From the UHGV virus genome UHGV-0375936: DNA of 64,000 nucleotides; one strand, written 5' to 3'. Made by a program: the position numbers and the translations under genes. The stretch's first letter is position 1, and each line of letters begins with the position of its first letter. Origin of the DNA: a virus. This document shows, piece after piece, positions 36,651 through 45,797 of this stretch. Below the pieces are notes generated by a model. That model was not told where the DNA came from and did not search any database. It saw nothing but the letters and a program-made list of their open reading frames with translations.

Positions 36651-39144
36651 AAACAATTTTTACTCCTTCGTTATACACCGCAGGCAATGTCACCCCTTCC
36701 GGTTCGATGACACAGTACGATGCTTCATTAAGTTTAGAATGAACCTCGGCTTCGTGGGAGACTACCAACAGTTGGGAAAATTCTCCCGAGTTTGCTAACG
36801 TTTTAATAAAACCGACCAGGTTGTTACGGTGCTCCTCATCCATGCCTTCCGAAGGCTCATCCAAAAGCAACGGAAACTGATGCAACTTCAGCGCTTTGTA
36901 CGCAGTCAGCCTGAACATCAGATTAAATATCGCACGCTGCGCCTTAGACCCTTTACGCACGTCAGGAACAGGCTCAGGATGCGTTTTTAGCTGGACAGGA
37001 AAAGTATAATCCAAATCGCCGTCAGTGAGGTCACAAGGCATAACGCGCATGGGGTACGTCCAGACCTGTTCGATATAACGCGTCATTAACTCTGTGATTC
37101 TAACGATAGCGTTGTAAAAATACTTTCTAAGTACACCCTTTTCTGGCGAGAAGGCTTGAATCATCAGTTTGTTATTGAACTGCTGGGCTTGTAAGTCAGC
37201 AAGTTCGCGTTCCAAACTGTTGAGCTGATTCAATTCATTTTCCATCTGACGATAACGTTCGCGTGCGGTTGTAAAAGCATCCAGCTTCCCTTCTCGAGCA
37301 CGTAAGAGTTCCTCGACGACCGTATTTGTCAACGTAACCTTAACATCACTCTCTAACCGTTCGAATAACGCACTGAAATCATCTACAGCACGTTTAACAT
37401 TCACCAGATAGGTAAGTGTCGTGTTAGCCAGTTCGTGCTCTCTACGACGCATTGAGAGCATCTCTGTGGCTTTACCTAATCGTGACTGTTGAAAAGCAAT
37501 TTTCTGTTGTAAAGCACCATCGACGTTACCAACGGCCGCTACGGCATCCTGCCATTCTTTTTCCGCCTTCACTAACCGTTGTCGGGTTTCATGGTACTCA
37601 ATAGCAGAGTACAACTCACTGTCAAACGCTGCGCATAGACTACCGAACTGTTCACGTGATTCTGTGAAAACGTTACGTTCTTGCAAACGCTTAAAGAACA
37701 TGCTCAATACCGGGTCCTTTGAATACGTCAGCACAATCTCACGAACCTGCCGCATATAAGTTACATCAGATTCTAACTCAACACGATCGCGTAATAGGGC
37801 CTCTAACTGCGTTTGCAGTTCCGTGCGCTGCTGCTGTTGTCCACGAATCGAAGACTCAAGTTCAGGTAAAGAACGTGTAACACCAGGCCGAAACTTAAAC
37901 CGGCACTGCGGACAATCCACTTCCGCTGTTTCTAAGTAGTGATTACGTTCGTGATTTAAATTCTGTAAAACGTTCTCCACTCGCTGGAGTCTATCCCGCA
38001 ACCCTGCGGTTTTTTGATCCATCACCAGAAGCCGTTCTTCCAAAACATTGAGTTTTTCAGTTGAATGAATTGCGTCCAGTGTTGTTCCTAACCGTTGCCC
38101 CCAAACACGCGCATCGGTAGCCGCACGAAGTTGGTCTAAATTGACGTTGTCGTTAAATAGACCCGGAAAGAGATGCTCGGTGTCCCATTTGGTAAGTAAC
38201 TCACGTAAACGCGCCAATGTATTCTTGAGACCTTCGTGATTCCGCATCAGGTAGTCTTGTCGTGTTGACTCATCCATCAATAACGACAAGTCTTTATTCA
38301 ACATCGATACCTCTGTTTCAGTAGACACGACAGCTTCGCGGGCCGTCGCTTCGTTTTGTCGCGCGACCAGTATCTGTTCATCGGTAGGCAGGCCACCACG
38401 ATGTTGTAATATTGCGTCGATGGTTGGGCCCAAGCTGTTTAATAACGCTTGGATTGTTTCGATGGTGACGGCACGATTTAATCCTGGCAACTGTTCGATT
38501 TCTCGGTTCAATTCACGTAAATCCGATTCCAAACCTTTTAATCTCGTCGCTAACTGCTGCCGTTCTTCCTCGTTCTCAATAACACGCGTCCGTAATTCGG
38601 CGATCTTGCGGCTGGTGATTTCAATACCCCCATTTAAGGCAGTAAGGTTTTTACGTAAACGTTGATAAAACCCTAACGCGTAAGTGAGGTCAGAGGTACT
38701 TAAACGGTAAAACCATTTGCGGCGTAATTCGGTTCCCGCATCGGTTAACAACACCTCACCATTTAATAGTTCTTTAATCTCTTTCGTAATACCCGTGATT
38801 TCTTCAACACGGGAGTTGTAGACTTTCGCATTACCTTGCTCGACGATCTTTGTCCCCGTGGTCAGGTTCTCAATATCGCAAACCAAAGAGTTGCCTTTAC
38901 GGGCAACTTTGAATCGATAGCGTTGATCGCCAACTAAACAGTAGTTCGTGTAAGAACCGCCGTCCCTGAATTCAGTTTTAGCTGGTGCTAAGGGTAAGAA
39001 CACAGACAGTAGACTGGTTTTCCCGCAGCCGTTCCCACCCAGGATAATTGTTGTCGGAGACTGGATAGTGAAATCGAAGGTTTCAATTTCATGTAACCCC
39101 ATCCCCGTAAAACCTTTGAGTATAATGCGTTCAACTTTTAGCAT
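36640..39144 (-). CDS. SbcC/Rad50-like SMC-family ATPase with CxxC zinc hook
   Basis: Walker A ILGGNGCGKTSLL; long coiled-coil middle; CPQC hook; Walker B/D-loop LLLDEPSEGMDEE; start set to ATG 39144 preceded by GGAGGTGGG. Confidence 0.7.
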   Translation of the reverse strand: MLKVERIILKGFTGMGLHEIETFDFTIQSPTTIILGGNGCGKTSLLSVFLPLAPAKTEFRDGGSYTNYCLVGDQRYRFKVARKGNSLVCDIENLTTGTKIVEQGNAKVYNSRVEEITGITKEIKELLNGEVLLTDAGTELRRKWFYRLSTSDLTYALGFYQRLRKNLTALNGGIEITSRKIAELRTRVIENEEERQQLATRLKGLESDLRELNREIEQLPGLNRAVTIETIQALLNSLGPTIDAILQHRGGLPTDEQILVARQNEATAREAVVSTETEVSMLNKDLSLLMDESTRQDYLMRNHEGLKNTLARLRELLTKWDTEHLFPGLFNDNVNLDQLRAATDARVWGQRLGTTLDAIHSTEKLNVLEERLLVMDQKTAGLRDRLQRVENVLQNLNHERNHYLETAEVDCPQCRFKFRPGVTRSLPELESSIRGQQQQRTELQTQLEALLRDRVELESDVTYMRQVREIVLTYSKDPVLSMFFKRLQERNVFTESREQFGSLCAAFDSELYSAIEYHETRQRLVKAEKEWQDAVAAVGNVDGALQQKIAFQQSRLGKATEMLSMRRREHELANTTLTYLVNVKRAVDDFSALFERLESDVKVTLTNTVVEELLRAREGKLDAFTTARERYRQMENELNQLNSLERELADLQAQQFNNKLMIQAFSPEKGVLRKYFYNAIVRITELMTRYIEQVWTYPMRVMPCDLTDGDLDYTFPVQLKTHPEPVPDVRKGSKAQRAIFNLMFRLTAYKALKLHQFPLLLDEPSEGMDEEHRNNLVGFIKTLANSGEFSQLLVVSHEAEVHSKLNEASYCVIEPEGVTLPAVYNEGVKIVYAN

Positions 39145-39164
39145 ACCCACCTCCATAAAGACGG

Positions 39165-39217
39165 AGTGTGGTGTAAAAAGAAAAAAATAAAGAAAGGGAG
39201 AACCCGAAGGTTCTCCC
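39165..39217 (-). terminator. Rho-independent terminator (minus strand)
   Basis: GGGAGAACC-cgaa-GGTTCTCCC hairpin then long T-run on minus strand. Confidence 0.65.
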
Positions 39218-39222
39218 TAACG

Positions 39223-39831
39223 TTATTTGGTATACAGCTGATAACCCATTGAAGCCCAATAATCAATGTTCTTCGCGTTTTCTACCCAAACCTGTCCCGC
39301 CTTTGTGGCTAAGACTTCCATTGTCAATGTACAGATCAGATTTGTTACCTGGATACAATTTCCAGGTGTAACATCATCCAGATAAACCGGATATAAAAAC
39401 GGCGATTTAATGGATTGGTACGGGTAAGAATAGTGGCTACCGACTTTCCACCCTTCTTCTACAGGGCAGAGATTATAAGTGCGTGTTTCAGGAACTGCGT
39501 TTTCAGAGATCCAGTTAACAACATCGGCTTTAATTCGATCGTGGTCGATATAGTAGAACACAACACGCTGTGGGATACTTGTGGTACCAGCCGGGTCTAA
39601 AGCCTCCAACGCCTTAAAAGGCGACGTTAACAATGTTGTACTGTTCTCAAGCGCGTAAACCAACTTTTCGTAAGCAGTCGGTGTTTTGCGTTTAAAATAT
39701 TCCCGTAAGCGAGGGTAAGCCAGGAAGCCCTCTACTTCTTCTTCCATTAAGTCAATGAATAAAGGCGTATGCGAAAACCGCTCTGCATTTTGCATCGCTT
39801 CAAGAAAACGAACTAATGTAATTTCGTTCAT
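39223..39831 (-). CDS. Hypothetical protein (202 aa)
   Basis: ORF, minus strand; no metallophosphatase motifs seen. Confidence 0.55.
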   Translation of the reverse strand: MNEITLVRFLEAMQNAERFSHTPLFIDLMEEEVEGFLAYPRLREYFKRKTPTAYEKLVYALENSTTLLTSPFKALEALDPAGTTSIPQRVVFYYIDHDRIKADVVNWISENAVPETRTYNLCPVEEGWKVGSHYSYPYQSIKSPFLYPVYLDDVTPGNCIQVTNLICTLTMEVLATKAGQVWVENAKNIDYWASMGYQLYTK

Positions 39832-39844
39832 CTGGTCTTTCCTT

Positions 39845-39879
39845 TTAGATCAAAAAAAGAAGCCCCGAGTAAACGGGGC
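39845..39879 (-). terminator. Rho-independent terminator (minus strand)
   Basis: GCCCCG-agtaaa-CGGGGC hairpin then TTCTTTTTTTGATC on minus strand. Confidence 0.55.
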
Positions 39880-39887
39880 CGGGCTAA

Positions 39888-40364
39888 TTACAGCCCTAAG
39901 TGCGTGAGTGATAAAATAGGTTGTGTTTCACCTTTAATCGTCGCGTAGGAACGATACATTTCTGCGTTACTTGAAAAAACTTCGTTAGCAACGATACATT
40001 CACCCGTCTCTAAAGAAAGGAGATAAATGTAGTCGCTCCATACGCTTTGTACCAATACCCACTCAAGTGCGGTATCATTTTCGCGTGTTGTTCGCAGGTG
40101 ATGAAAGTAAGGACGGATTGCATCAACCGCCGCATTAAAACGACGGTGATAGATTCGGGTTAAATCAAAGGTCCAGATTGTTTCCAGGTCGACTGGATGT
40201 AATGTGCGCACCGTTTCGATAATCGTCGACTGATCGTTAAGGCGCGAGGCTTCGGCGATACGTAGCAGTTTCCAGGCTACCGTTAAGTTGTGGCGAATTT
40301 GTTCAGGTTTAGCCGACAGGTCATGATGAAATTGCGCAGCTTGGTAAACGTTAGATAATTGCAT
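39888..40364 (-). CDS. Hypothetical protein (158 aa)
   Basis: ORF, minus strand. Confidence 0.55.
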   Translation of the reverse strand: MQLSNVYQAAQFHHDLSAKPEQIRHNLTVAWKLLRIAEASRLNDQSTIIETVRTLHPVDLETIWTFDLTRIYHRRFNAAVDAIRPYFHHLRTTRENDTALEWVLVQSVWSDYIYLLSLETGECIVANEVFSSNAEMYRSYATIKGETQPILSLTHLGL

Positions 40365-40384
40365 TTTAATACTCCTTTAGGTAA

Positions 40385-40420
40385 ATATGTCGTAAAAAGG
40401 ACCCCGGACGTACCGGGGCC
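40385..40420 (-). terminator. Rho-independent terminator (minus strand), end of secreted-protein operon
   Basis: CCCCGG-acgta-CCGGGG hairpin then TCCTTTTTACG on minus strand. Confidence 0.55.
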
Positions 40421-40430
40421 AAGACTACAC

Positions 40431-40820
40431 TCAAAGATCTAATTCGATAGCACCAGCCATCTTGCCCCGTTCTTCTATAACGATCAGATAACGGTCGCGA
40501 GATTTGCTTTTAGCGAGAGTTAAGACAACGGTAGGGTCGCACGTTTTCGTGGTGATAGGAAGAACCTCTCTTGCGACGGAATCGAGCAGAAAGTAATAAC
40601 CTGCGGGACACATTGTGCCGCCATCAGCTTTTACCAGAATATAGCGCCCGTCTGCGCCGACTTCTTGGCAGATTGTTTCACCGACTTCGCAAACTTCAAA
40701 CCCCGGAGGATTGTACTGGTAATCGGTATTGTTGTTTGGGGTTAGCAGTAAATCGTTAACTTGAGTAGATGCTGCTACACTCAGGGAGAAGAAGAATGCT
40801 AAAACGCAGACGAGACGCAT
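40431..40820 (-). CDS. Secreted small Cys-containing protein 1 (129 aa)
   Basis: Signal-like MRLVCVLAFFFSLSVAAS; AAGGAG RBS; CEVGETICQ...GRYILV motif shared with next gene. Confidence 0.6.
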   Translation of the reverse strand: MRLVCVLAFFFSLSVAASTQVNDLLLTPNNNTDYQYNPPGFEVCEVGETICQEVGADGRYILVKADGGTMCPAGYYFLLDSVAREVLPITTKTCDPTVVLTLAKSKSRDRYLIVIEERGKMAGAIELDL

Positions 40821-40830
40821 GAGTTACTCC

Positions 40831-41241
40831 TTAAATTTTAAGTTTATCCATAGCTACAACGATAGGTTTTTCCGAAGTGTCTAATATCCCTACCATTGGC
40901 ACACCATCTACGACTTCGAAGAATGGTTTGTTATTACCAGAGCATAGACGTTTGTCGTTGTATTCGAGACGCTGAGCCTTCCACGTTTCGAGGTTGAGTA
41001 CGGACATTGGGCTGTCGTAGCACCAGGCACCACCTTGCTCAACGATGAATACGTATCTGCTACCTTTGTATTTAAACAGGCTCTTTGCCTGGCAGTACAA
41101 CCCGTCTATTTCCGTACAATAGAAATCATCGGTGCTATTGACGTACTTAATATTGTCTGGCAACTGTATTGTCTTTGCTGTAGCGTTGACAGAGAACAGA
41201 ACAGCCATTGCAATGAGAAGAGTATTAATGATAGTTTTCAT
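40831..41241 (-). CDS. Secreted small Cys-containing protein 2 (136 aa), paralog of protein 1
   Basis: Signal-like MKTIINTLLIAMAVLFSVNATA; CTEIDGLYCQ...SRYVFIV. Confidence 0.6.
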   Translation of the reverse strand: MKTIINTLLIAMAVLFSVNATAKTIQLPDNIKYVNSTDDFYCTEIDGLYCQAKSLFKYKGSRYVFIVEQGGAWCYDSPMSVLNLETWKAQRLEYNDKRLCSGNNKPFFEVVDGVPMVGILDTSEKPIVVAMDKLKI

Positions 41242-41252
41242 GATAAAAGTCC

Positions 41253-41738
41253 TTAGTATTTAGATTGTTCTACGTACTTCTTAACCAGGTAAGCGAATTC
41301 GGCAACACCGATATCACCGAACCAAATCAGGTAACCGGGGTCGATGTTGTAGTAATAACCGACGAGTTTCTTGGTGTGTGGGTTGTATAGCGTTACGATG
41401 TATTCCCAACCACAAGCGTTAGCTTTACAACCGCCACTTTCAATCCAGATTTTGTTGTTGATGTTTACCGGATACATGTTACCGCCAGGGCCATCCATGT
41501 AACCTTTAGAGCCGAACATACCATCCAGTCCCACAGGGTCTAGTGTTTTATCAACAACGGCTTTAAACGACTTATCGGTATCGTACAAGTCGTTGATGTT
41601 TGGGCACGCATTTGGCTGGCCTTCCCAAGCGTTTCCATCACAGGTAAGCAATTCGTCTACGGAGGCCGCATCTACAGTTGGCGTGGCACCGATAAACAAG
41701 AAAACCAGAAAGAACATCAGTGTATGTAAACGTTTCAT
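41253..41738 (-). CDS. Secreted small protein 3 (161 aa)
   Basis: Signal-like MKRLHTLMFFLVFLFIGATPTVDAA; Cys pairs CDGNAWEGQPNACPN, CKANAC. Confidence 0.6.
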   Translation of the reverse strand: MKRLHTLMFFLVFLFIGATPTVDAASVDELLTCDGNAWEGQPNACPNINDLYDTDKSFKAVVDKTLDPVGLDGMFGSKGYMDGPGGNMYPVNINNKIWIESGGCKANACGWEYIVTLYNPHTKKLVGYYYNIDPGYLIWFGDIGVAEFAYLVKKYVEQSKY

Positions 41739-41756
41739 TGTAACTACTCCTTTAGA

Positions 41757-42149
41757 TTATTCGGCAGGACGATTTAAGGTAACGCGTCCGATTAATTCAG
41801 CGTTGTGAAAGAAGTCCACAGCGGTATAGTTACCAACTGATAGCGGATGGATACTAACTGACATTACTTTTGGTTGTTCGCAGGCGATATCCGTCAGGCG
41901 TTGGTAGACTTGTGCACGAGTGTCAGCAATGAGTAATCCCGTACACGTTTCACCACGCACTAAACGATAAACTTGCAGTTTACCGAAACTGCGCATTAAC
42001 GTAGGCGTCTCATCCGGGTTGATAATCGGTGACTCAGGAGCCGGTTCGTAATAGCGGACATCCGAATCACCGAAAGCATAAGTGCCAGTAATTCCGACCG
42101 CACAGAAAACAATGATAGTATAAAGTATAGTTCTGATATTCATTTTCAC
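41757..42149 (-). CDS. Secreted small protein 4 (130 aa)
   Basis: Signal-like MKMNIRTILYTIIVFCAVGITGTYAF. Confidence 0.6.
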   Translation of the reverse strand: MKMNIRTILYTIIVFCAVGITGTYAFGDSDVRYYEPAPESPIINPDETPTLMRSFGKLQVYRLVRGETCTGLLIADTRAQVYQRLTDIACEQPKVMSVSIHPLSVGNYTAVDFFHNAELIGRVTLNRPAE

Positions 42150-42171
42150 GCACTCTAAAAAAGATTAATAC

Positions 42172-42633
42172 TTATTTGTTAGGACGGGTGTGTCCACAGT
42201 TCTGGAAGAAAGTTTCAGATAAACGATCGCCTTCTACGGTAAAGTTAGCGGCATCGTTACCATTGATACTCACACTGAAAGTTTTGGCATTACCGATAGC
42301 ATTAACGAAAGCAACCCAAGCGTGTTCTGCCTTGTCGCTACCGTCCACGGTAGGGATGTTATAGGTTTTGCCGTTTACGACAATATCCATCATGTTATCT
42401 TCAGCGTTAGTTGCACCTACGGGTTCCCCGTAATACCAAACCATGCGACCGTAAAATTTGCGATTCACAGTTTCTGTGTCACAGTTGATAGACAGTCCGT
42501 TTCCGGCGGTGTCTTCGATTTCGTAAACTGCCTGGCCAGGGTTTTGTATTTGTTCCCAACTATTGATTGCAGCGTATGCGCTATTGAGGCCGAAAGTTAA
42601 AATGGTTATTAAGAATGTGATAAAGGTTTTCAT
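42172..42633 (-). CDS. Secreted small protein 5 (153 aa)
   Basis: Signal-like MKTFITFLITILTFGLNSAYA. Confidence 0.6.
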   Translation of the reverse strand: MKTFITFLITILTFGLNSAYAAINSWEQIQNPGQAVYEIEDTAGNGLSINCDTETVNRKFYGRMVWYYGEPVGATNAEDNMMDIVVNGKTYNIPTVDGSDKAEHAWVAFVNAIGNAKTFSVSINGNDAANFTVEGDRLSETFFQNCGHTRPNK

Positions 42634-42679
42634 TGAAATGCTCCTTCGAGTTATGGGGAAGCTCCCACAAATTATGAAA

Positions 42680-43051
42680 TTAAATAACTGTGTTGGGTAA
42701 TGCTTTAATCTGTGTATAACTATCTCCGATACCTCTTATCATTTCCAGACGCTCTTCTGTAGAAAGGCTTTGGTTAATGTCTTTGTCAAGATTGAACAGT
42801 GTCAAGAGTTTTGCAATTGCAACCGTCAAGTTGTCGGACAGCTCGTTGTTTTTACGCCATTCTTCGTTACGGAAAATAGAGATAAGGTCTTTCGCCTGGC
42901 CTTCAGCGTGCGGTTTGGCTAACTGCGCGTCACGCTGTTCGATAAGGTATGCTTCGTTAGTAAGTAAACGTTTCAGGTTTTCTGGGTTAGTGGCAGCGCG
43001 AGTAACGATCATTAATACAACAAACGGGTCTTTAAATAATTCGTTTTTCAT
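42680..43051 (-). CDS. Hypothetical protein (123 aa), first gene of secreted-protein operon
   Basis: TTTTAGGAGAACTAAAG-ATG; no signal peptide. Confidence 0.55.
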   Translation of the reverse strand: MKNELFKDPFVVLMIVTRAATNPENLKRLLTNEAYLIEQRDAQLAKPHAEGQAKDLISIFRNEEWRKNNELSDNLTVAIAKLLTLFNLDKDINQSLSTEERLEMIRGIGDSYTQIKALPNTVI

Positions 43052-43081
43052 CTTTAGTTCTCCTAAAATGGTTTTCGTTAA

Positions 43082-43125
43082 GTGAGAGCTTTTGTACTCT
43101 CACCTAAGTAATATATATCTGAAAT
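43082..43125 (-). promoter_or_regulatory. Conserved 25-nt motif plus leader hairpin (copy 1); candidate promoter
   Basis: Minus-sense ATTTCAGATATATATTACTTAGGTG followed by GTGAGAG...CTCTCAC hairpin, then RBS/ATG of 42680-43051; 23 of 25 nt identical to copy at 47484-47508. Confidence 0.35.
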
Positions 43126-43141
43126 TATTTTTAATATTAAC

Positions 43142-43178
43142 GAACAAAAAAATAAAAGGTGGGGGTAAACCCCCCACC
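43142..43178 (-). terminator. Rho-independent terminator (minus strand)
   Basis: GGTGGGGG-taaac-CCCCCACC hairpin then TTTTATTTTTTTGTT on minus strand. Confidence 0.65.
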
Positions 43179-43182
43179 GATG

Positions 43183-43761
43183 TTATACATCGAACCGATA
43201 CTGCCGGGAGTTAATGAGGAATTCGGTATTCAGCTCAATCCATTCGAGTAAATCACCCAACGGTAATCGGTTTGGGTTTTCTAACTCAATAGACGCTACC
43301 GGATAAGAGTTTACTAATTCCGTAATTGTATCAATACCCTCTTGCGTTCCATCGTCTTCTAAGGTGATTGTAAACGGCATATCGGTACGATCCGCATTAG
43401 GATTGTACAAACTGACTTTTGTTGCTTGGACAAACGCAGACAGGTCGTCACGTATAATGCGTGTATCAGGCGATAGAACTACCCAGAGATGCTGCCCTGG
43501 CTGGAGTTTACGTTTTGCGTAGTTTAAGAAAGGACTTGCCATCAAGTTTTCCAAACCACAACAGATGCTACGTAACTGTATTCCGCGCGGATCTCGGTAA
43601 TCCACATCGAAAATTCCCACAGGTTCATTCGCTGCCTGTTTTATCAGAAAGGCCAATACCGTGTCCGCTCTTTCTGGTAAGGAAAGCTCTATTCCCTCAA
43701 GCTCCCCATCGACGAGATTTTCTAACCAAACGTCTTTTCGCATTTCTATTAATCGGTACAC
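43183..43761 (-). CDS. Hypothetical protein (192 aa)
   Basis: ORF, last gene of operon downstream of paralog family. Confidence 0.55.
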   Translation of the reverse strand: MYRLIEMRKDVWLENLVDGELEGIELSLPERADTVLAFLIKQAANEPVGIFDVDYRDPRGIQLRSICCGLENLMASPFLNYAKRKLQPGQHLWVVLSPDTRIIRDDLSAFVQATKVSLYNPNADRTDMPFTITLEDDGTQEGIDTITELVNSYPVASIELENPNRLPLGDLLEWIELNTEFLINSRQYRFDV

Positions 43762-43773
43762 GGTTCCACCTCA

Positions 43774-44547
43774 CTAATAATTAAGTTTTACATCGGCAAT
43801 AAACAGCAATTGTTTACCATGTTGCTGCACTTCTTTCCAACCTAGTTTCATAGCAGCGTCAACAACATCTAACATGCTGTAACGGGACATCAAAGATTCT
43901 GATTTTGTTCCTGACATTAAGTAAAGTGGCTCATTAGGGCTACGGTCACGTGCGTCAGGAAGTTCCCGAGAGACTGCTGATCCTTCGGGTACGGTAACAA
44001 CATGAATCACGGTAAATGGTCTCTTGTGCGTCAGATAGATACGAAACCCAACGTGTTCAGATTCATGAAAGACTTTCTTCACAACCACATCTTTTAGTGT
44101 CGTCTGAACATCAGCCCCAGGTAATATCGTGGTTTCACGTGAAACGAAACAACGGCTATTTTCAATCGTGGAGAAATAATTACGTATCGGCAAACTAGCG
44201 TTATGATCGCGCAGTTTTTTGCTCAGTAGATCGAAGTTCAGTTCTTTAACTTTCTCTAGCCATTCTTTGGCTTGTTGAATGTAATAACTACCGACAGTGC
44301 GATAAGTTAATACCTTACCTGTGCTTACTTTCCAAAGTTTAACGCTTAGTGAATTTGGCTTATAGCGACGATACTCACCCCGCGTATAGTTGATGCGCTC
44401 GTAACGCTCTACATCGTCAACGGGTGCAGATTCGATCGATTGTAATTGCAGCGTACGATCTAATCTATCGGCGAATAGTAGTGATGTTAGCGGACCTTCG
44501 ATCAAATACGGTTCGGTTTTAAAGATATCATCTAGATGGATTTTCAT
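43774..44547 (-). CDS. Paralog-family protein 4 (257 aa), shared C-terminal module
   Basis: C-terminus DVVDAAMKLGWKEVQQHGKQLLFIADV. Confidence 0.6.
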   Translation of the reverse strand: MKIHLDDIFKTEPYLIEGPLTSLLFADRLDRTLQLQSIESAPVDDVERYERINYTRGEYRRYKPNSLSVKLWKVSTGKVLTYRTVGSYYIQQAKEWLEKVKELNFDLLSKKLRDHNASLPIRNYFSTIENSRCFVSRETTILPGADVQTTLKDVVVKKVFHESEHVGFRIYLTHKRPFTVIHVVTVPEGSAVSRELPDARDRSPNEPLYLMSGTKSESLMSRYSMLDVVDAAMKLGWKEVQQHGKQLLFIADVKLNY

Positions 44548-44614
44548 TTCTATTTCCTTCTTAACAAAAGCCGCGACTAAAGCGCGGCAGTTAGAGAAAG
44601 TCTATTTTTACTTA

Positions 44615-45766
44615 TTAGAGGTCAGCAACAAACAACAGCTGGCAGCCGTACTTTTGTACGTCCGCCCAACCGTAGTCTTTTCCGATTATAGGTAGATGTA
44701 AAATATCCAGCTTCTCGTCTTTCGCTTTTAGTTTCGCCATTAACGCATTGGACTCCTCAGCACTGAGGAGTAATGCTGGCTCTTTTTCAGTACGTCCTTC
44801 TGCGGTTGGGAAGAAATTGTAATAGCTGCGAGTAGGTAAATCGACAGAAAAACTACGATTGCCTATTCTGGCGATGAACGCAACTCCTTCACAGTTAGCA
44901 TCTACACTACACGACCATCCCGCCTCCGTTAAAAGGTCTTTTAACAGACACCACACTTTAAGTTGGTTCTTAGAAACTGTACGGTAAATAGCAAGATGTT
45001 CAGGAAGTAAATGTACGCCCATAACCACGTTTTCAGATTTCTCGTCAAGCAACTCTGGATGCTGTATCGGGAACAATAATTCACTGATACCCACGTTATC
45101 AATTTTGTTAACAAAATCAGTTAATTCATCTTTTAAGGTAGACACTTGATTTTCTCCTTTGTCTTCAATAATCAGGTGGGGTTCGCCGCTAATTAAAATG
45201 TGGTAAACGAGATCGTCAGTAGAACGGTAAGTGAGCTTGATTGCTTTATCACTTAATATTTCGTAGCGGAAGAAACTTTCGTACCAACTTGAGCCGAAAT
45301 CGTTTTGTGTAAGCTCCTGCTCAACTTTGATGGTTTTTGCTTCAAAGCCGATTAACTCGCTTAATAACGCGAGTTCTTGTTTAGTTAAAATAGCTACACC
45401 GTGAAAGGGCACTTGTTCAAGCTGAAAACATAACTTAGTGACTTCACCATTTGGGAAGACCTTAAACATAATCTTCCGGTTGCTACTCTTTTCCCTAACA
45501 ACGAGTTTACGGTAATTTAGTCCACAATTTGTGTAAGCCGCGAACTGGTAACCTTCAATTTCTTCATCGGAAGTACAGACATCGACAGGCGCGATAATCT
45601 CATCGTATTCACTAAGTACACAGCAGCCCAATTTATAACCAAACAACGTATGTTGTAAAAAATAGTCGAGGGTTAAGCTTGGTAGTGGCCAAGCCCGATT
45701 ATAGCATCTGTCCATCAGTTCTTTTAGGTACTTGGCATGTCTTGGTTTAGAAATAATATTTCGCAT
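44615..45766 (-). CDS. Paralog-family protein 3 (383 aa), shared C-terminal module
   Basis: C-terminus FFPTAEGRT...LLL...GKDYGWADVQKYGCQLLFVADL. Confidence 0.6.
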   Translation of the reverse strand: MRNIISKPRHAKYLKELMDRCYNRAWPLPSLTLDYFLQHTLFGYKLGCCVLSEYDEIIAPVDVCTSDEEIEGYQFAAYTNCGLNYRKLVVREKSSNRKIMFKVFPNGEVTKLCFQLEQVPFHGVAILTKQELALLSELIGFEAKTIKVEQELTQNDFGSSWYESFFRYEILSDKAIKLTYRSTDDLVYHILISGEPHLIIEDKGENQVSTLKDELTDFVNKIDNVGISELLFPIQHPELLDEKSENVVMGVHLLPEHLAIYRTVSKNQLKVWCLLKDLLTEAGWSCSVDANCEGVAFIARIGNRSFSVDLPTRSYYNFFPTAEGRTEKEPALLLSAEESNALMAKLKAKDEKLDILHLPIIGKDYGWADVQKYGCQLLFVADL

Positions 45767-45797
45767 TTTTACTCTCCTTTAGGGGTTTTTTCGTTAC

